Source: a virus. From it: a stretch of 64,000 nucleotides of DNA. The stretch lies in IMG/VR virus record IMGVR_UViG_3300044732_000442, positions 1-64,000 of that record, one strand, 5' to 3'. Positions 28,900 through 38,908 of this stretch are shown one piece after another. The notes below the pieces were generated by a model, which saw only the letters and a list, made by a program, of their open reading frames with translations, searched no databases and had not been told where the DNA came from. The translations under genes and the position numbers were made by a program. Numbering within the stretch: the first letter of the stretch is position 1; every line of letters begins with the position of its first letter.

Positions 28900-31800
28900 A
28901 TGAGCCAACAAAATATAGATTTCGGTACTTTTCCAGATGATCCAGATGCAGATGCTATTAGAACGGCGTTCCAAAAAGTACAAAATAATTTTAATGAATT
29001 GTACACTACTGCTAGTGCTGGATCAGTTACGTCAGTAAATCAATCTGCAGGCGCCGGCATACAAGTTAATAGTCCAACCGGTAATGTAGTTGTTACTGCA
29101 AATATTGCATGTGTGCAAGTTGCTACTACTACATTAAGTATCGGACAAGGAAGTAACGGTGGCACATCAGCAATTATTAGTCAAACTAGTCAAACTTTAG
29201 TAATAGATATAAATCCAGCTAACGTCTTTTCTAACAACTTTGCTGCCAATTCTACTGGTGGATTGGCTAATTTTACAGGGACATTAACTTCAACTTCTAA
29301 TAGTCAACCAAATATTACAAGTGTAGGAACCTTAACTAGTTTAGCAGTAACGGGTAATGTAACTGCAGGAAATGTATATGCTAATTCAGGAGCAGTAGTT
29401 GCAACTACTGTAACCGGTACATTAACAACAGCCGCTCAACCTAACATTACAAGTGTGGGTACATTAACAAGTTTAGCAGTTACAGGTAATAGTAATTTAG
29501 GTAATATAGCTACTGCTATTAGTTTTAGTGGTGATGGTGGGTTATTAACAAATATTAGTGTTAGTGCAGGCAATACGATTTTAAGTGGTTCAAGTAACGT
29601 TAGAGTTGTAAGTAGTGGTGGAAATGTAGTAACAGGTGTTGCCGGGAATGCAAATATAATAATTGCAACCGGTACCGGAGTTAATGTAACTGGATATTTA
29701 ACTGCGTCAGGTGATATAACTAGTAATAATGCTAATTTAGGTAATGCAGCAAACGCTAATTATTTTATTGGTAATTTATATGGTCAAGCCAATACTGCAT
29801 TAACTGCAGGTACTGTAACAACAGCCGCACAACCAAACATAACAAGTGTTGGTACATTAACAAATGCATCAGTAATTGGTAATATAACTGCAGGAAATGT
29901 GTATGCTAACAGTGGTATTGTTAAAGCACAATATTTGTATGGTGACGGTAGTAATATTGCCAATATTACTATTACTGCTGGTAGTTCTATTGTTAACGGA
30001 ACCAGTAATGTAAGTATTCCTGGGTCTAATGGCAATGTTAATACTGTTGTTAATGGTAATACTATATTAGTTGTTACTGGTACCGGTGTTAACGTAGCAG
30101 GTACATTAAATGCTACCGGTAGTATTACTGGTAACTTTAATGGCAACGTAACTAATGCTACACAAGGTAATATTACAAGTTTAGGTACATTAACCGGATT
30201 AACAGTATCTGGTACAACTAATTTAGGTGCCGTTGGTAATGTAACTATAACCGGCGGTAGTAGTAATTTCTATTTAAGAACAAACGGATCAGGTGTGTTG
30301 ACATGGTCTGATGCTTTATTAACTCCTATTCCAGGCAGCAATACTCAGGTATTATTTAATGATGCAGGTAATGCTAATGCAAATAGTAGTTTAACTTTTA
30401 ACAAAAGTAATGGTTTGTTAACTACCACCACATTATCAGCTACAAACTTAATAGGTACACTTACTACTGCATCTAATCAGCAAACCAATATTAACCGTGT
30501 TGGTACTTTAGATTATTTAATTATTAGTACAACTGGATATATTTCAGCCGGTAATGCAAATGTTAGTGCAGGAAATATAAATCTTATTGCAGCCGGTAGT
30601 GCAAATTTAGGTAATGCAGCCTCTGCTAATTATTTTATTGGTAATGGTAGTTTATTAACAGGGGTGGCGGCCAGTAATGCTGTTACCGCAAGTACAGTAA
30701 CAACTGCGGCTCAACCAAACATAACAAGTACAGGTACACTAACAAGTTTAGCAGTCACTGGTAATATCAGTGCAGGCAATGTTAGTGCTACAACATTTAC
30801 GGGTGCATTAAGTGGTGCGGCTACAACAGCAGGTACAGTAACTACTGCGGCACAAGGCAACATTACAAGTGTTGGCACATTAACTGGTTTAGGAGTTAAC
30901 GGAACTATAACCGGCGTGAACATTACGGCAAATACAGGTGTGTTTACAGGTAATGGTTCATCACTTACTGCATTAAATGCAAGTAATGTTTCAACAGGTA
31001 CATTGGCTCAAGCAAGATTAGCTAATGCAGCCGTTACTCTTGGTAGCACTGCACTAACATTAGGTTCTACCGTAACAACTGTAGCAGGCTTGACAAGTGT
31101 TACGTCAACTACGTTTGTGGGGGCATTGACAGGTGCAGCAACAACAGCAGGTAGTGCGACAACAGCAGGTACTGTAACAACCGCGGCACAGCCAAATATT
31201 ACTAGTGTAGGTACACTCACTGGATTAACAGTATCATCAACTATTTCTGGTTCTATTACTGGCTCGGCTGCTAGTGCAACAACAGCAGGTACTGTAACAA
31301 CCGCAGCACAGCCAAATATTACTTCAGTTGGTACATTAACTGGATTAACAGTATCGTCAACTATTTCTGGTTCTATTACTGGCTCGGCTGCTAGTGCAAC
31401 AACAGCAGGTAGTGCAACAACAGCAGGTAGTGCAACAACAGCAGGTACCGTAACTACTGCGGCACAGCCAAATATCACAAGCGTGGGTACATTAAGTTCA
31501 TTATCAGTTTCAGGAACGTTAACTACTACTAGTATTACTACTGGCGCAAATTCTACAGCAGGAACCATTACTGGTAATTGGTCACTAAGTGCAGGCTCTA
31601 GACTAAATGCAACATATGCTGACTTAGCAGAAAAATATGTTGCTGATGCAGATTATCATCCAGGCACAGTATTAGTATTTGGCGGTGACCATGAAGTTAC
31701 ATTGTCTACAGCTTCAGATTCATTTAGAGTTGCAGGAGTTGTAACAACTAATCCGGCATATACTATGAACAATGATTGTATGGGAGAACATGTTGCTACT

Positions 31801-31989
31801 ATTGCTCTACAAGGTCGTGTACCAGTTAAAGTAATTGGCCCAGTCTTTAAGGGTGATTTACTAGTATCATGTGATAATGGTCACGCCATTGCTAATAATA
31901 TAGCACGTGCAGGAACCATCATTGGCAAATCATTAGAAAATTTTACAGATGCCTCGGGTGTTATTGAAGTAGCAGTGGGTCGTTTCTAA
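28900..31989 (+). CDS. long tail fibre-like protein with C-terminal intramolecular-chaperone (peptidase G2-like) domain
   Basis: N-terminal DADAIRTAFQKVQNNFNELY anchor, about ten QPNITSVGTLT-type repeats, C-terminal YADLAEKY...LQGRVPVKV. Confidence 0.8.
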   Translation: MSQQNIDFGTFPDDPDADAIRTAFQKVQNNFNELYTTASAGSVTSVNQSAGAGIQVNSPTGNVVVTANIACVQVATTTLSIGQGSNGGTSAIISQTSQTLVIDINPANVFSNNFAANSTGGLANFTGTLTSTSNSQPNITSVGTLTSLAVTGNVTAGNVYANSGAVVATTVTGTLTTAAQPNITSVGTLTSLAVTGNSNLGNIATAISFSGDGGLLTNISVSAGNTILSGSSNVRVVSSGGNVVTGVAGNANIIIATGTGVNVTGYLTASGDITSNNANLGNAANANYFIGNLYGQANTALTAGTVTTAAQPNITSVGTLTNASVIGNITAGNVYANSGIVKAQYLYGDGSNIANITITAGSSIVNGTSNVSIPGSNGNVNTVVNGNTILVVTGTGVNVAGTLNATGSITGNFNGNVTNATQGNITSLGTLTGLTVSGTTNLGAVGNVTITGGSSNFYLRTNGSGVLTWSDALLTPIPGSNTQVLFNDAGNANANSSLTFNKSNGLLTTTTLSATNLIGTLTTASNQQTNINRVGTLDYLIISTTGYISAGNANVSAGNINLIAAGSANLGNAASANYFIGNGSLLTGVAASNAVTASTVTTAAQPNITSTGTLTSLAVTGNISAGNVSATTFTGALSGAATTAGTVTTAAQGNITSVGTLTGLGVNGTITGVNITANTGVFTGNGSSLTALNASNVSTGTLAQARLANAAVTLGSTALTLGSTVTTVAGLTSVTSTTFVGALTGAATTAGSATTAGTVTTAAQPNITSVGTLTGLTVSSTISGSITGSAASATTAGTVTTAAQPNITSVGTLTGLTVSSTISGSITGSAASATTAGSATTAGSATTAGTVTTAAQPNITSVGTLSSLSVSGTLTTTSITTGANSTAGTITGNWSLSAGSRLNATYADLAEKYVADADYHPGTVLVFGGDHEVTLSTASDSFRVAGVVTTNPAYTMNNDCMGEHVATIALQGRVPVKVIGPVFKGDLLVSCDNGHAIANNIARAGTIIGKSLENFTDASGVIEVAVGRF
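31153..31446 (+). repeat. 120-bp tandem duplication plus three perfect 18-bp repeats
   Basis: 120-bp period around 31153-31392; AGTGCAACAACAGCAGGT at 31393, 31411 and 31429. Confidence 0.9.
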
Positions 31990-32003
31990 TAAAAGGAAAA
32001 CAA

Positions 32004-32627
32004 ATGGTAACAATAGAATTATTAACAGCAATGTGTCCAAAAACAAAACGCTCTATATTAGAGGGTTACGTTGAGCCACTAAACACAGTAGCAGAATACT
32101 ATGAGATGTTTGAAAACCCACGCAGAGTTGCCGGCTTCTTAGCACAGATAGCACATGAGAGTGGTGGTTTTAATGCTGTCATTGAAAACTTAAATTACAG
32201 TGCTAAAGGATTGATGGGTACGTTTAAAAAATATTTCCCCAATGAAGAACTAGCAAAGCAATATGAACGTAAACCAGAAATGATTGCTAATCGTGTTTAT
32301 GCTAATCGTATGAAGAACGGCGATGAGAACAGTGGTGATGGATTCAGATTCAGAGGTCGTGGATTGATTCAATTGACCGGGCGTGACAACTATACACGTT
32401 TTGCAGAAGCATTAGACATGAGTATTGAAGATACCGTAAGATATTTAGAAACACCAAATGGTGCTGTTGCAAGTGCTGGTTGGTTTTGGGATAACAATAA
32501 ATTAAATCAGTTCTGTGACCGCGATGATTTTGTAACACTAACAAAACGTATCAATGGTGGTACTATTGGGTTAGAAGATAGAAAACATCACTATCACTTA
32601 GCATTAGAAAATTTAGGCGCACATTAA
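32004..32627 (+). CDS. glycoside hydrolase family 19 endolysin
   Basis: FLAQIAHESGG, ENLNYS, FRGRGLIQLTGRDNY, TKRINGG..GLEDR. Confidence 0.92.
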   Translation: MVTIELLTAMCPKTKRSILEGYVEPLNTVAEYYEMFENPRRVAGFLAQIAHESGGFNAVIENLNYSAKGLMGTFKKYFPNEELAKQYERKPEMIANRVYANRMKNGDENSGDGFRFRGRGLIQLTGRDNYTRFAEALDMSIEDTVRYLETPNGAVASAGWFWDNNKLNQFCDRDDFVTLTKRINGGTIGLEDRKHHYHLALENLGAH

Positions 32628-32628
32628 T

Positions 32629-35181
32629 ATGGCACAACCAATTTGGAATACATCCGCCGGATCTATAGGAACATATCCTGCTACTATACCTATGCTATTT
32701 CAATTATCAGCCTCAGCAGTATCTCCGGCAACATCAGTAACATATACATTATTAAGTGGAACATTACCATCTGGATTATCAATTAGTAGTTCTGGATTAA
32801 TAAGTGGAACACCATCACTGGTAACAACTGATACTACAACTACTTTTACTGTTAGAGTTACAGATAATCTATCTAATTTACGTGATAGAACTTTTTCAAT
32901 TACTTTATCTGGAGTAGCAATACCTGAATTTACTACGCCTGCAGGTAGTATTTTAAGTACATTAGACAGTGTTTGGATTGAATTACCAATAACATATTCA
33001 AATCCAGATAATACTAATGAAATTATAATAGAATTACAAGAAGGTTTATTACCACCTGGATTAGAAATTAATCCTGCAGGATTAATAAGAGGATATGCAA
33101 ATCCACCTACGGTTAATGTTACGTTAAATCAAATACAAACTAATGCTACTATAACCGAAAGTGTTAGCAATTTAATAACATGTACTAGCACCACCCAGTT
33201 TACAATAGGGCGTCCAATTGTTTTTACTAATACTGCATTTGGTGATATTGCTGAAGGAGATACATATTATATTAAAACTATTAATAGTAGTACTACTTTC
33301 ACTATAGCGGCTACGCAAAACGGAGATACATTTCCTTTAGCATCTGATACTGGATCAATGACAGTTACTTTACCTGCTATATCTGTAGGACAGCCCACAA
33401 TACGTACATATTCATTTGTATTAAGATTATCTAGTAATTTAGGTAGCGATACTGCAACATATAATATTACTGTAATAAATCAAAATACACCTGTAAGTCA
33501 AGGTGGTCCAGGCTATACTCCAAATTCACGTATACCCACCATACTTAATACTAGACCTAGAACATATATAATAACAGATACCGACCCATATTATGGTTAT
33601 TATTTGTTACCTCCTGTAGTGCCGACTGTTTCTGCTTATATAGGTACAATAAGAAGTGGAGAATACTTCACATTTAAAATAATAGGATATGATTTTGATG
33701 GTAATTCTTTAACATATGATTATGTTAATCTACCTACAGATTTAACAGGTGATCCAGATACTGGTTGGATAACCGGTACACCTACATTAAATTCAATTGG
33801 CTTAAGTACTTTTAATTTTGCAGTAAATGTATATAAAACTTCCAACCCTAGCATTGCTACAACTAATTTTAATTTTAGTTATAATTTAAGTAATAGTGTA
33901 ACAGATAACATATTATGGATAACACCATCAGATTTAGGCACATTATTTAATAGCACTATAAGTACATTAAATGTAATAGCAGTAGCAGATACAGAATTAT
34001 CATATAGAATTGTTAGTGGTAGTTTACCACCTAATTTATTATTATTAGACAATGGTGAAATAACAGGACGTGTTGCGGATCAACCATCAAGTTCATTATT
34101 AGAACAAAATGCAGAAACTGTATTTACGTTTACTGTTCAAGCATATTCACCTTTGTACCCAGTAATACAATCCCCCAAAACATTCAATATTACAATACTA
34201 CAAGAATATACTCAACCAACAGATACATTGTATATTAAAGCTTCCCCTAGTATAAATGATAGAAATATTATTAACGGTTTGTTAACAAATGACACATTAA
34301 TTCCAGAAGAAATGGTTTATAGACCTAATGATATATATTTTGGTAAAGCAACTAGTGTAATATATGAACATGCATATGGTATGTATGCTAGTAACATTGA
34401 TGAATATTTGGCTGCGGTTACACAAAATCATTATTGGAGAAATATTACTTTAGGGGAATTAAAAACTGCTGTAGCAAAAAATAATTTAGGTGAAATAATA
34501 TATGAGGTAGTATATAGTGAAGTTATTGACAATTTAGTTAACCCTTCAGGTATCAGTATACAACAAGAAATTCGTTGGCCTAGACTAATAGATTTACAAT
34601 TAGGTCCATGGTATACTAGTATTACAGATATCTTTACTAGTTATGAAACAGTGTTAGGACAAGATTATTATACAAGTTTAACTCCTGGTTATGCACAAAC
34701 GTTATATCCAAATAGTCTTTTCAATATGCGTAATCGTGTAGGACAAGTAGTTGGTCAAGTAAAAGATAGTAGATTATTACCATTATGGATGACTAGTCAA
34801 CAAGAAAATGGTGGAACATTAGGCTATACGCAAGCATGGGTTATTTGTTATACTAAACCTAGAATAGTTGTTAACGATGAGCCACTAACTTATGCTGAGT
34901 TTGAAGCAACTGGTTTAACAAGAGCAGATTATATGAGCTATGCTGAAACTATTAAAAATAACATACAAAATGATTGGCAATATACATTAAATGATATTAA
35001 TTTTAAAATTGATAGATTTAGTGTAAACAAGAGCGAAACATACAATTATGATAAACAACTAACACCTCCCGCATGGACAGGACTACCTAGCGCATATCCT
35101 GTACCTGACCCGATAGATAGTAAAGATTTTTATGTATTGTTCCCTAGACAAACAATTTTACCAGACCAATCGCAATACTAA
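32629..35181 (+). CDS. Ig-like repeat structural protein (baseplate-associated)
   Basis: Repeated GxLPxGLx(I/L)xxxGxIxGxP putative-Ig motifs. Confidence 0.7.
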   Translation: MAQPIWNTSAGSIGTYPATIPMLFQLSASAVSPATSVTYTLLSGTLPSGLSISSSGLISGTPSLVTTDTTTTFTVRVTDNLSNLRDRTFSITLSGVAIPEFTTPAGSILSTLDSVWIELPITYSNPDNTNEIIIELQEGLLPPGLEINPAGLIRGYANPPTVNVTLNQIQTNATITESVSNLITCTSTTQFTIGRPIVFTNTAFGDIAEGDTYYIKTINSSTTFTIAATQNGDTFPLASDTGSMTVTLPAISVGQPTIRTYSFVLRLSSNLGSDTATYNITVINQNTPVSQGGPGYTPNSRIPTILNTRPRTYIITDTDPYYGYYLLPPVVPTVSAYIGTIRSGEYFTFKIIGYDFDGNSLTYDYVNLPTDLTGDPDTGWITGTPTLNSIGLSTFNFAVNVYKTSNPSIATTNFNFSYNLSNSVTDNILWITPSDLGTLFNSTISTLNVIAVADTELSYRIVSGSLPPNLLLLDNGEITGRVADQPSSSLLEQNAETVFTFTVQAYSPLYPVIQSPKTFNITILQEYTQPTDTLYIKASPSINDRNIINGLLTNDTLIPEEMVYRPNDIYFGKATSVIYEHAYGMYASNIDEYLAAVTQNHYWRNITLGELKTAVAKNNLGEIIYEVVYSEVIDNLVNPSGISIQQEIRWPRLIDLQLGPWYTSITDIFTSYETVLGQDYYTSLTPGYAQTLYPNSLFNMRNRVGQVVGQVKDSRLLPLWMTSQQENGGTLGYTQAWVICYTKPRIVVNDEPLTYAEFEATGLTRADYMSYAETIKNNIQNDWQYTLNDINFKIDRFSVNKSETYNYDKQLTPPAWTGLPSAYPVPDPIDSKDFYVLFPRQTILPDQSQY

Positions 35182-35204
35182 ATATATAACGGAACAAAAA
35201 GAAT

Positions 35205-36488
35205 ATGAGCACAATTAATACAAACGGTATCAACGTAAATTATCCTGTACCAGGGGTTAATAATAATAGTCAAGGATTTAGAGATAACTTTGCGGCTATT
35301 AGAACTAACTTAAACACTGCAGGAACAGAAATAACAGACCTACAAAATAAAGTTGTAGTTAAATCCGCATTGGATAACTCTACTGTCAATAATGATATGG
35401 CTAATACACTTATTAGTAATGCATTAACCCGTAGCTTCCGTGCTAGTACTTATAATTTAGGTAATGCACTATCAGGTACAGTGTCAGTAAATGTATCACT
35501 CGGTGATGTACAATATGGTACTATTGCAGGTAATACAACAATTCAATTTACTGGTTGGGCTCCTACCGGTACACAAAGTAATGTCCAATTACAATTGGCA
35601 ATTGCAAGTAATAATGCCGGAAACACAGCAGTATTGTCATTCCCTAGTCAAGTTACTGATGGAGTAACAACATTAGAAAATTATGCTAACGTTGCAAACA
35701 CTAATACAGTTACTGTACCATATGGTGTAACTCAATTAGATTATAGATTTAGCACACTTGATTGCGGAAATACAATTACAGTAGAACCATTTAATAATGC
35801 TAGAATAGCATCACAAATACAAACACGCAATGTTATTCCTACTGGTAATCAGGGTGATATAGTGGGTGAGATAGCAGTAAGTACGGGTGTTAATCAGTTA
35901 TCAATCACTAGTACTAATGCATCGGACTACTTAAATACAGCCAATACAGTGCAATTATATACGGATATGCCAATAGTATTCACTGGTGTAAGTATGGAAG
36001 CTAATATTACAGTTGGTACAACTTACTATGTACGTAATGTTTCAGCTAATACATATTTTACTGTATCAACAGCATTAGGTGGTGCAAATGTTAACTTAGC
36101 TGGAAATGCTAGTCCAACACTTCCGATGTATGCTAACCCAGTATCTTACTTGTATGTGTGTACAGATGATTATAACTCTACTGCATATGAAAAATCTGTA
36201 TCTGCTACGAATAGTTCTGGGAATGTTACTTTAAATAATACTTCAGGTATAGAGAATGCAACTAATTCTCCTATTATATTTACTGGAACAACATTTGGCG
36301 GAATAACAGCAAATACAGTATATTATATTAAAGCAGTCGGTACTGGTGGTAATATTACTATCAGTCAATCTAGGACAAATGGCGTTGCAGATACGGTATT
36401 TACATTAACGTCTGCTAGTGGCACGTGTGTAGCAACCGCATATGTAGGTTCGGATATTTGGAAAAGAATTGCACTAACATCTTGGTAA
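35205..36488 (+). CDS. putative tail/baseplate fibre protein
   Basis: YPVPGVNNNSQGFRDNF anchor, Asn/Thr-rich, ends WKRIALTSW; late box at 35179. Confidence 0.65.
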   Translation: MSTINTNGINVNYPVPGVNNNSQGFRDNFAAIRTNLNTAGTEITDLQNKVVVKSALDNSTVNNDMANTLISNALTRSFRASTYNLGNALSGTVSVNVSLGDVQYGTIAGNTTIQFTGWAPTGTQSNVQLQLAIASNNAGNTAVLSFPSQVTDGVTTLENYANVANTNTVTVPYGVTQLDYRFSTLDCGNTITVEPFNNARIASQIQTRNVIPTGNQGDIVGEIAVSTGVNQLSITSTNASDYLNTANTVQLYTDMPIVFTGVSMEANITVGTTYYVRNVSANTYFTVSTALGGANVNLAGNASPTLPMYANPVSYLYVCTDDYNSTAYEKSVSATNSSGNVTLNNTSGIENATNSPIIFTGTTFGGITANTVYYIKAVGTGGNITISQSRTNGVADTVFTLTSASGTCVATAYVGSDIWKRIALTSW

Positions 36489-36499
36489 TAAATATTTGA

Positions 36500-36733
36500 A
36501 TGGAACACCCGTTCATTGCATCACTCTCAGATAAAACGTTAGAAGAACTACAGGGTTCCATAACGGACTTAACCAAAAAACTAAACTTTGCATATCGTAT
36601 GCAAAATGGTGCTATGATTCATCAATTGAATATGGTAATGGCAAGTTACCGAGCAGAGTATGGCCGCAAAATGGACGAGTTACTTAAAAAACAAGGTGAT
36701 AAAACACAAATCAATATTCAAAAAGAAAGTTAA
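36500..36733 (+). CDS. hypothetical protein
   Basis: 77 aa helical ORF; TAAATA 5 nt before the ATG. Confidence 0.7.
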   Translation: MEHPFIASLSDKTLEELQGSITDLTKKLNFAYRMQNGAMIHQLNMVMASYRAEYGRKMDELLKKQGDKTQINIQKES

Positions 36734-36735
36734 AA

Positions 36736-37335
36736 TTGACCACACGAATAGAACGAGAATTTTCATTTCAAGCAGGTGTTTACTTCCAAGAAGAATTTTT
36801 AATGAATCTATATACAATAACATTGTATATGGAAGTAGAAACTGAATCCATTAGAGAACAAAATGTTGCAATGGAACGAATAAAATATTTTTTAAATGAA
36901 TGTTTGGAAAATAGTATTTTTGTTCAAAATACTGAACAAAAAATTATTGAAAAATATAACTCATGTGGGTTTAAAGTATGTACAGTACCCGAAGAACCAT
37001 ACGACCAAATTATAACATTGTTATTACTAACTAAACTTAACAGCATTACTGAGGGTAGATTGATTATTACAGATATTACATTGGGTTCACGTATAAGTGA
37101 TGAGGTAAAATTTATATGTGACATTGAAAGCCCATTAGGACCTTTAGAATCACATGGCTGGTGGATGGATAATAGTACATCAATTGCTGACACTAAAAAA
37201 TCTGTAAAGAAAGATAAAATTGTTAAATTGTTCAAAACACCTACAACAGATTGGGCAGAATACAATTTAGTTTGGAAAGAAAAAGACCATACAGCTAATT
37301 GTGAAATCGTTTTTACGACTGAACAGGAAAAGTAA
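36736..37335 (+). CDS. hypothetical protein
   Basis: 199 aa ORF, TTG start directly after the upstream stop. Confidence 0.7.
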   Translation: MTTRIEREFSFQAGVYFQEEFLMNLYTITLYMEVETESIREQNVAMERIKYFLNECLENSIFVQNTEQKIIEKYNSCGFKVCTVPEEPYDQIITLLLLTKLNSITEGRLIITDITLGSRISDEVKFICDIESPLGPLESHGWWMDNSTSIADTKKSVKKDKIVKLFKTPTTDWAEYNLVWKEKDHTANCEIVFTTEQEK

Positions 37336-37348
37336 TTATCCAAACATA

Positions 37349-37377
37349 TTGTATTTTAGTAACAGTTGTGCTATAAT
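37349..37377 (+). promoter_or_regulatory. sigma70-like promoter (extended -10)
   Basis: TTGTAT-17 nt-TATAAT with TG; ATG 6 nt downstream. Confidence 0.7.
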
Positions 37378-37383
37378 ACATGA

Positions 37384-37890
37384 ATGAAAACAGATAAGTA
37401 TGGTCAATTAATTTACAATCAGAACGATTTATGTGAATTGTTCTTGCAAGACCCTACACGTACAATCTCTAACGCATTAGTTGATAGTCCCATAGAATTT
37501 AATGGGTTTCTCTCATTAGAAAACATCCCAAATCTAAAACAATATACTGCTTCAGCCATTTCATTAGAAGAATTTGATAAAACAAATCAAGCAAAATGGC
37601 ATATGCCCAAAGAATACTATGAACTAGATATTGCTAAATGGGTATTGGATCAATGCAAAAATGAAGAAGAATTACAACGTGCCGGTGATGAACTAATTAA
37701 GTTCCAAGAACGTAATATGTTTGTGTTGTTACAGTATTTAAAATATTTGGTTGACACAATGCGAGAGAATAATATAGTATGGGGTGTAGGACGTGGTAGT
37801 AGTGTAGCAAGTTTTGTATTGTTTTTAATAGGTATACACCGTATAAATAGTTTATATTACCAATTAGATATTGGTGAATTTTTAAAATAA
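37384..37890 (+). CDS. stand-alone fragment homologous to part of DNA polymerase III alpha (DnaE)
   Basis: RAGDEL...YLKYLVD...WGVGRGSSVASFVLFLIGIHRINSL..LDIGEFL matches the DnaE GxGRGS region. Confidence 0.8.
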   Translation: MKTDKYGQLIYNQNDLCELFLQDPTRTISNALVDSPIEFNGFLSLENIPNLKQYTASAISLEEFDKTNQAKWHMPKEYYELDIAKWVLDQCKNEEELQRAGDELIKFQERNMFVLLQYLKYLVDTMRENNIVWGVGRGSSVASFVLFLIGIHRINSLYYQLDIGEFLK

Positions 37891-37899
37891 GGAAATATT

Positions 37900-38244
37900 A
37901 TGGCTAATTACAGAACAGCAATGGGTAAATCAGTTGACATGGCAGCACTAACTGCAAAAAATGAAAAAACTAGAGCAGTGGGTAATATGAAAGTTAATGC
38001 ACGGGGTGATACTATTGATGCACATGGACGTATTCTACGTACCGCAACAACTAAAGTAAATGATTCATATAATAAAACTGTAGGGAATCGTTCAGCACAA
38101 CCGGTACGAAACAAACCAACTACACCACCTAAACCAACTATTGATCTATCACAATTAAATGAACTTGAACGTGAGATTGAAGGAAATTTAGAAGATGAAC
38201 TTGAAATTGAAAAAATTAAAGCACAGGAACTTAAAAAGAAATGA
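37900..38244 (+). CDS. hypothetical protein
   Basis: 114 aa ORF with AAGGA RBS. Confidence 0.7.
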   Translation: MANYRTAMGKSVDMAALTAKNEKTRAVGNMKVNARGDTIDAHGRILRTATTKVNDSYNKTVGNRSAQPVRNKPTTPPKPTIDLSQLNELEREIEGNLEDELEIEKIKAQELKKK

Positions 38245-38618
38245 ACCAATATAGTAAGCCAGCATTTAGCCCCACCAAAGTAGATACAATGAGATTCTTT
38301 AAGGATCATATCATTGTATCTGAAATGCATTTTGATGAACGTATCAGTAAAGGTGGCATCATTATGCTTGATGATGATAAGAAAAGTTCGGGCATCCGTC
38401 CCCGCTGGGCAAAGATATATGGTTTAGGTCCAGATCAAGATGATCCGCAATTAGAGATAGGTAAATATATTCTTATCAGTCACGGTCGTTGGACACGGGG
38501 TATCACAGTTGAGACACCTTCGGGTAAACAGACATTGCGTAAAGTTGATCCCGGTGATATACTCTTAGTATCGGATGAGCCGATGGAAGATGAAACAATG
38601 AGTGATAAGGTATATTAA
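38241..38618 (+). CDS. GroES-like co-chaperonin
   Basis: DHIIV...ERISKGGIIM mobile loop, AKIYGLGP, IGKYIL, DILLV. Confidence 0.75.
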   Translation: MNQYSKPAFSPTKVDTMRFFKDHIIVSEMHFDERISKGGIIMLDDDKKSSGIRPRWAKIYGLGPDQDDPQLEIGKYILISHGRWTRGITVETPSGKQTLRKVDPGDILLVSDEPMEDETMSDKVY

Positions 38619-38908
38619 TGAAAAATTGGTTAAGACAAAAATTACAAAACTTTTTGTATCCGCTAGATACTAATGAGGTAGTAGAAACTAAAACTAATAG
38701 AGGGCGTGCTCTTATTAGAGGATCAAGCCTTGATAGTAGAGGGATGAGTTTCACTATACATCAAGCTAGTGGAGGATATGTATTAGAATACTCTGTATAC
38801 GATGACAAGACTGATAGACATAATCACAATTTACACATCATTCCATCTGATCAGGACATGGGTCAGGGCATAGCTCATATAATCACATTAGAAATGTTAA
38901 GAAAATGA
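38618..38908 (+). CDS. hypothetical protein
   Basis: 96 aa ORF, translationally coupled on both sides. Confidence 0.7.
   Translation: MKNWLRQKLQNFLYPLDTNEVVETKTNRGRALIRGSSLDSRGMSFTIHQASGGYVLEYSVYDDKTDRHNHNLHIIPSDQDMGQGIAHIITLEMLRK

Noticed and set aside
29784-31568. Antisense ORFs over the fibre and propeller genes (also 3758, 13185, 14440, 25327, 50210)
   Set aside because: Shadows of Thr/Ala/Gly codon repeats on the coding strand; no RBS or promoter support
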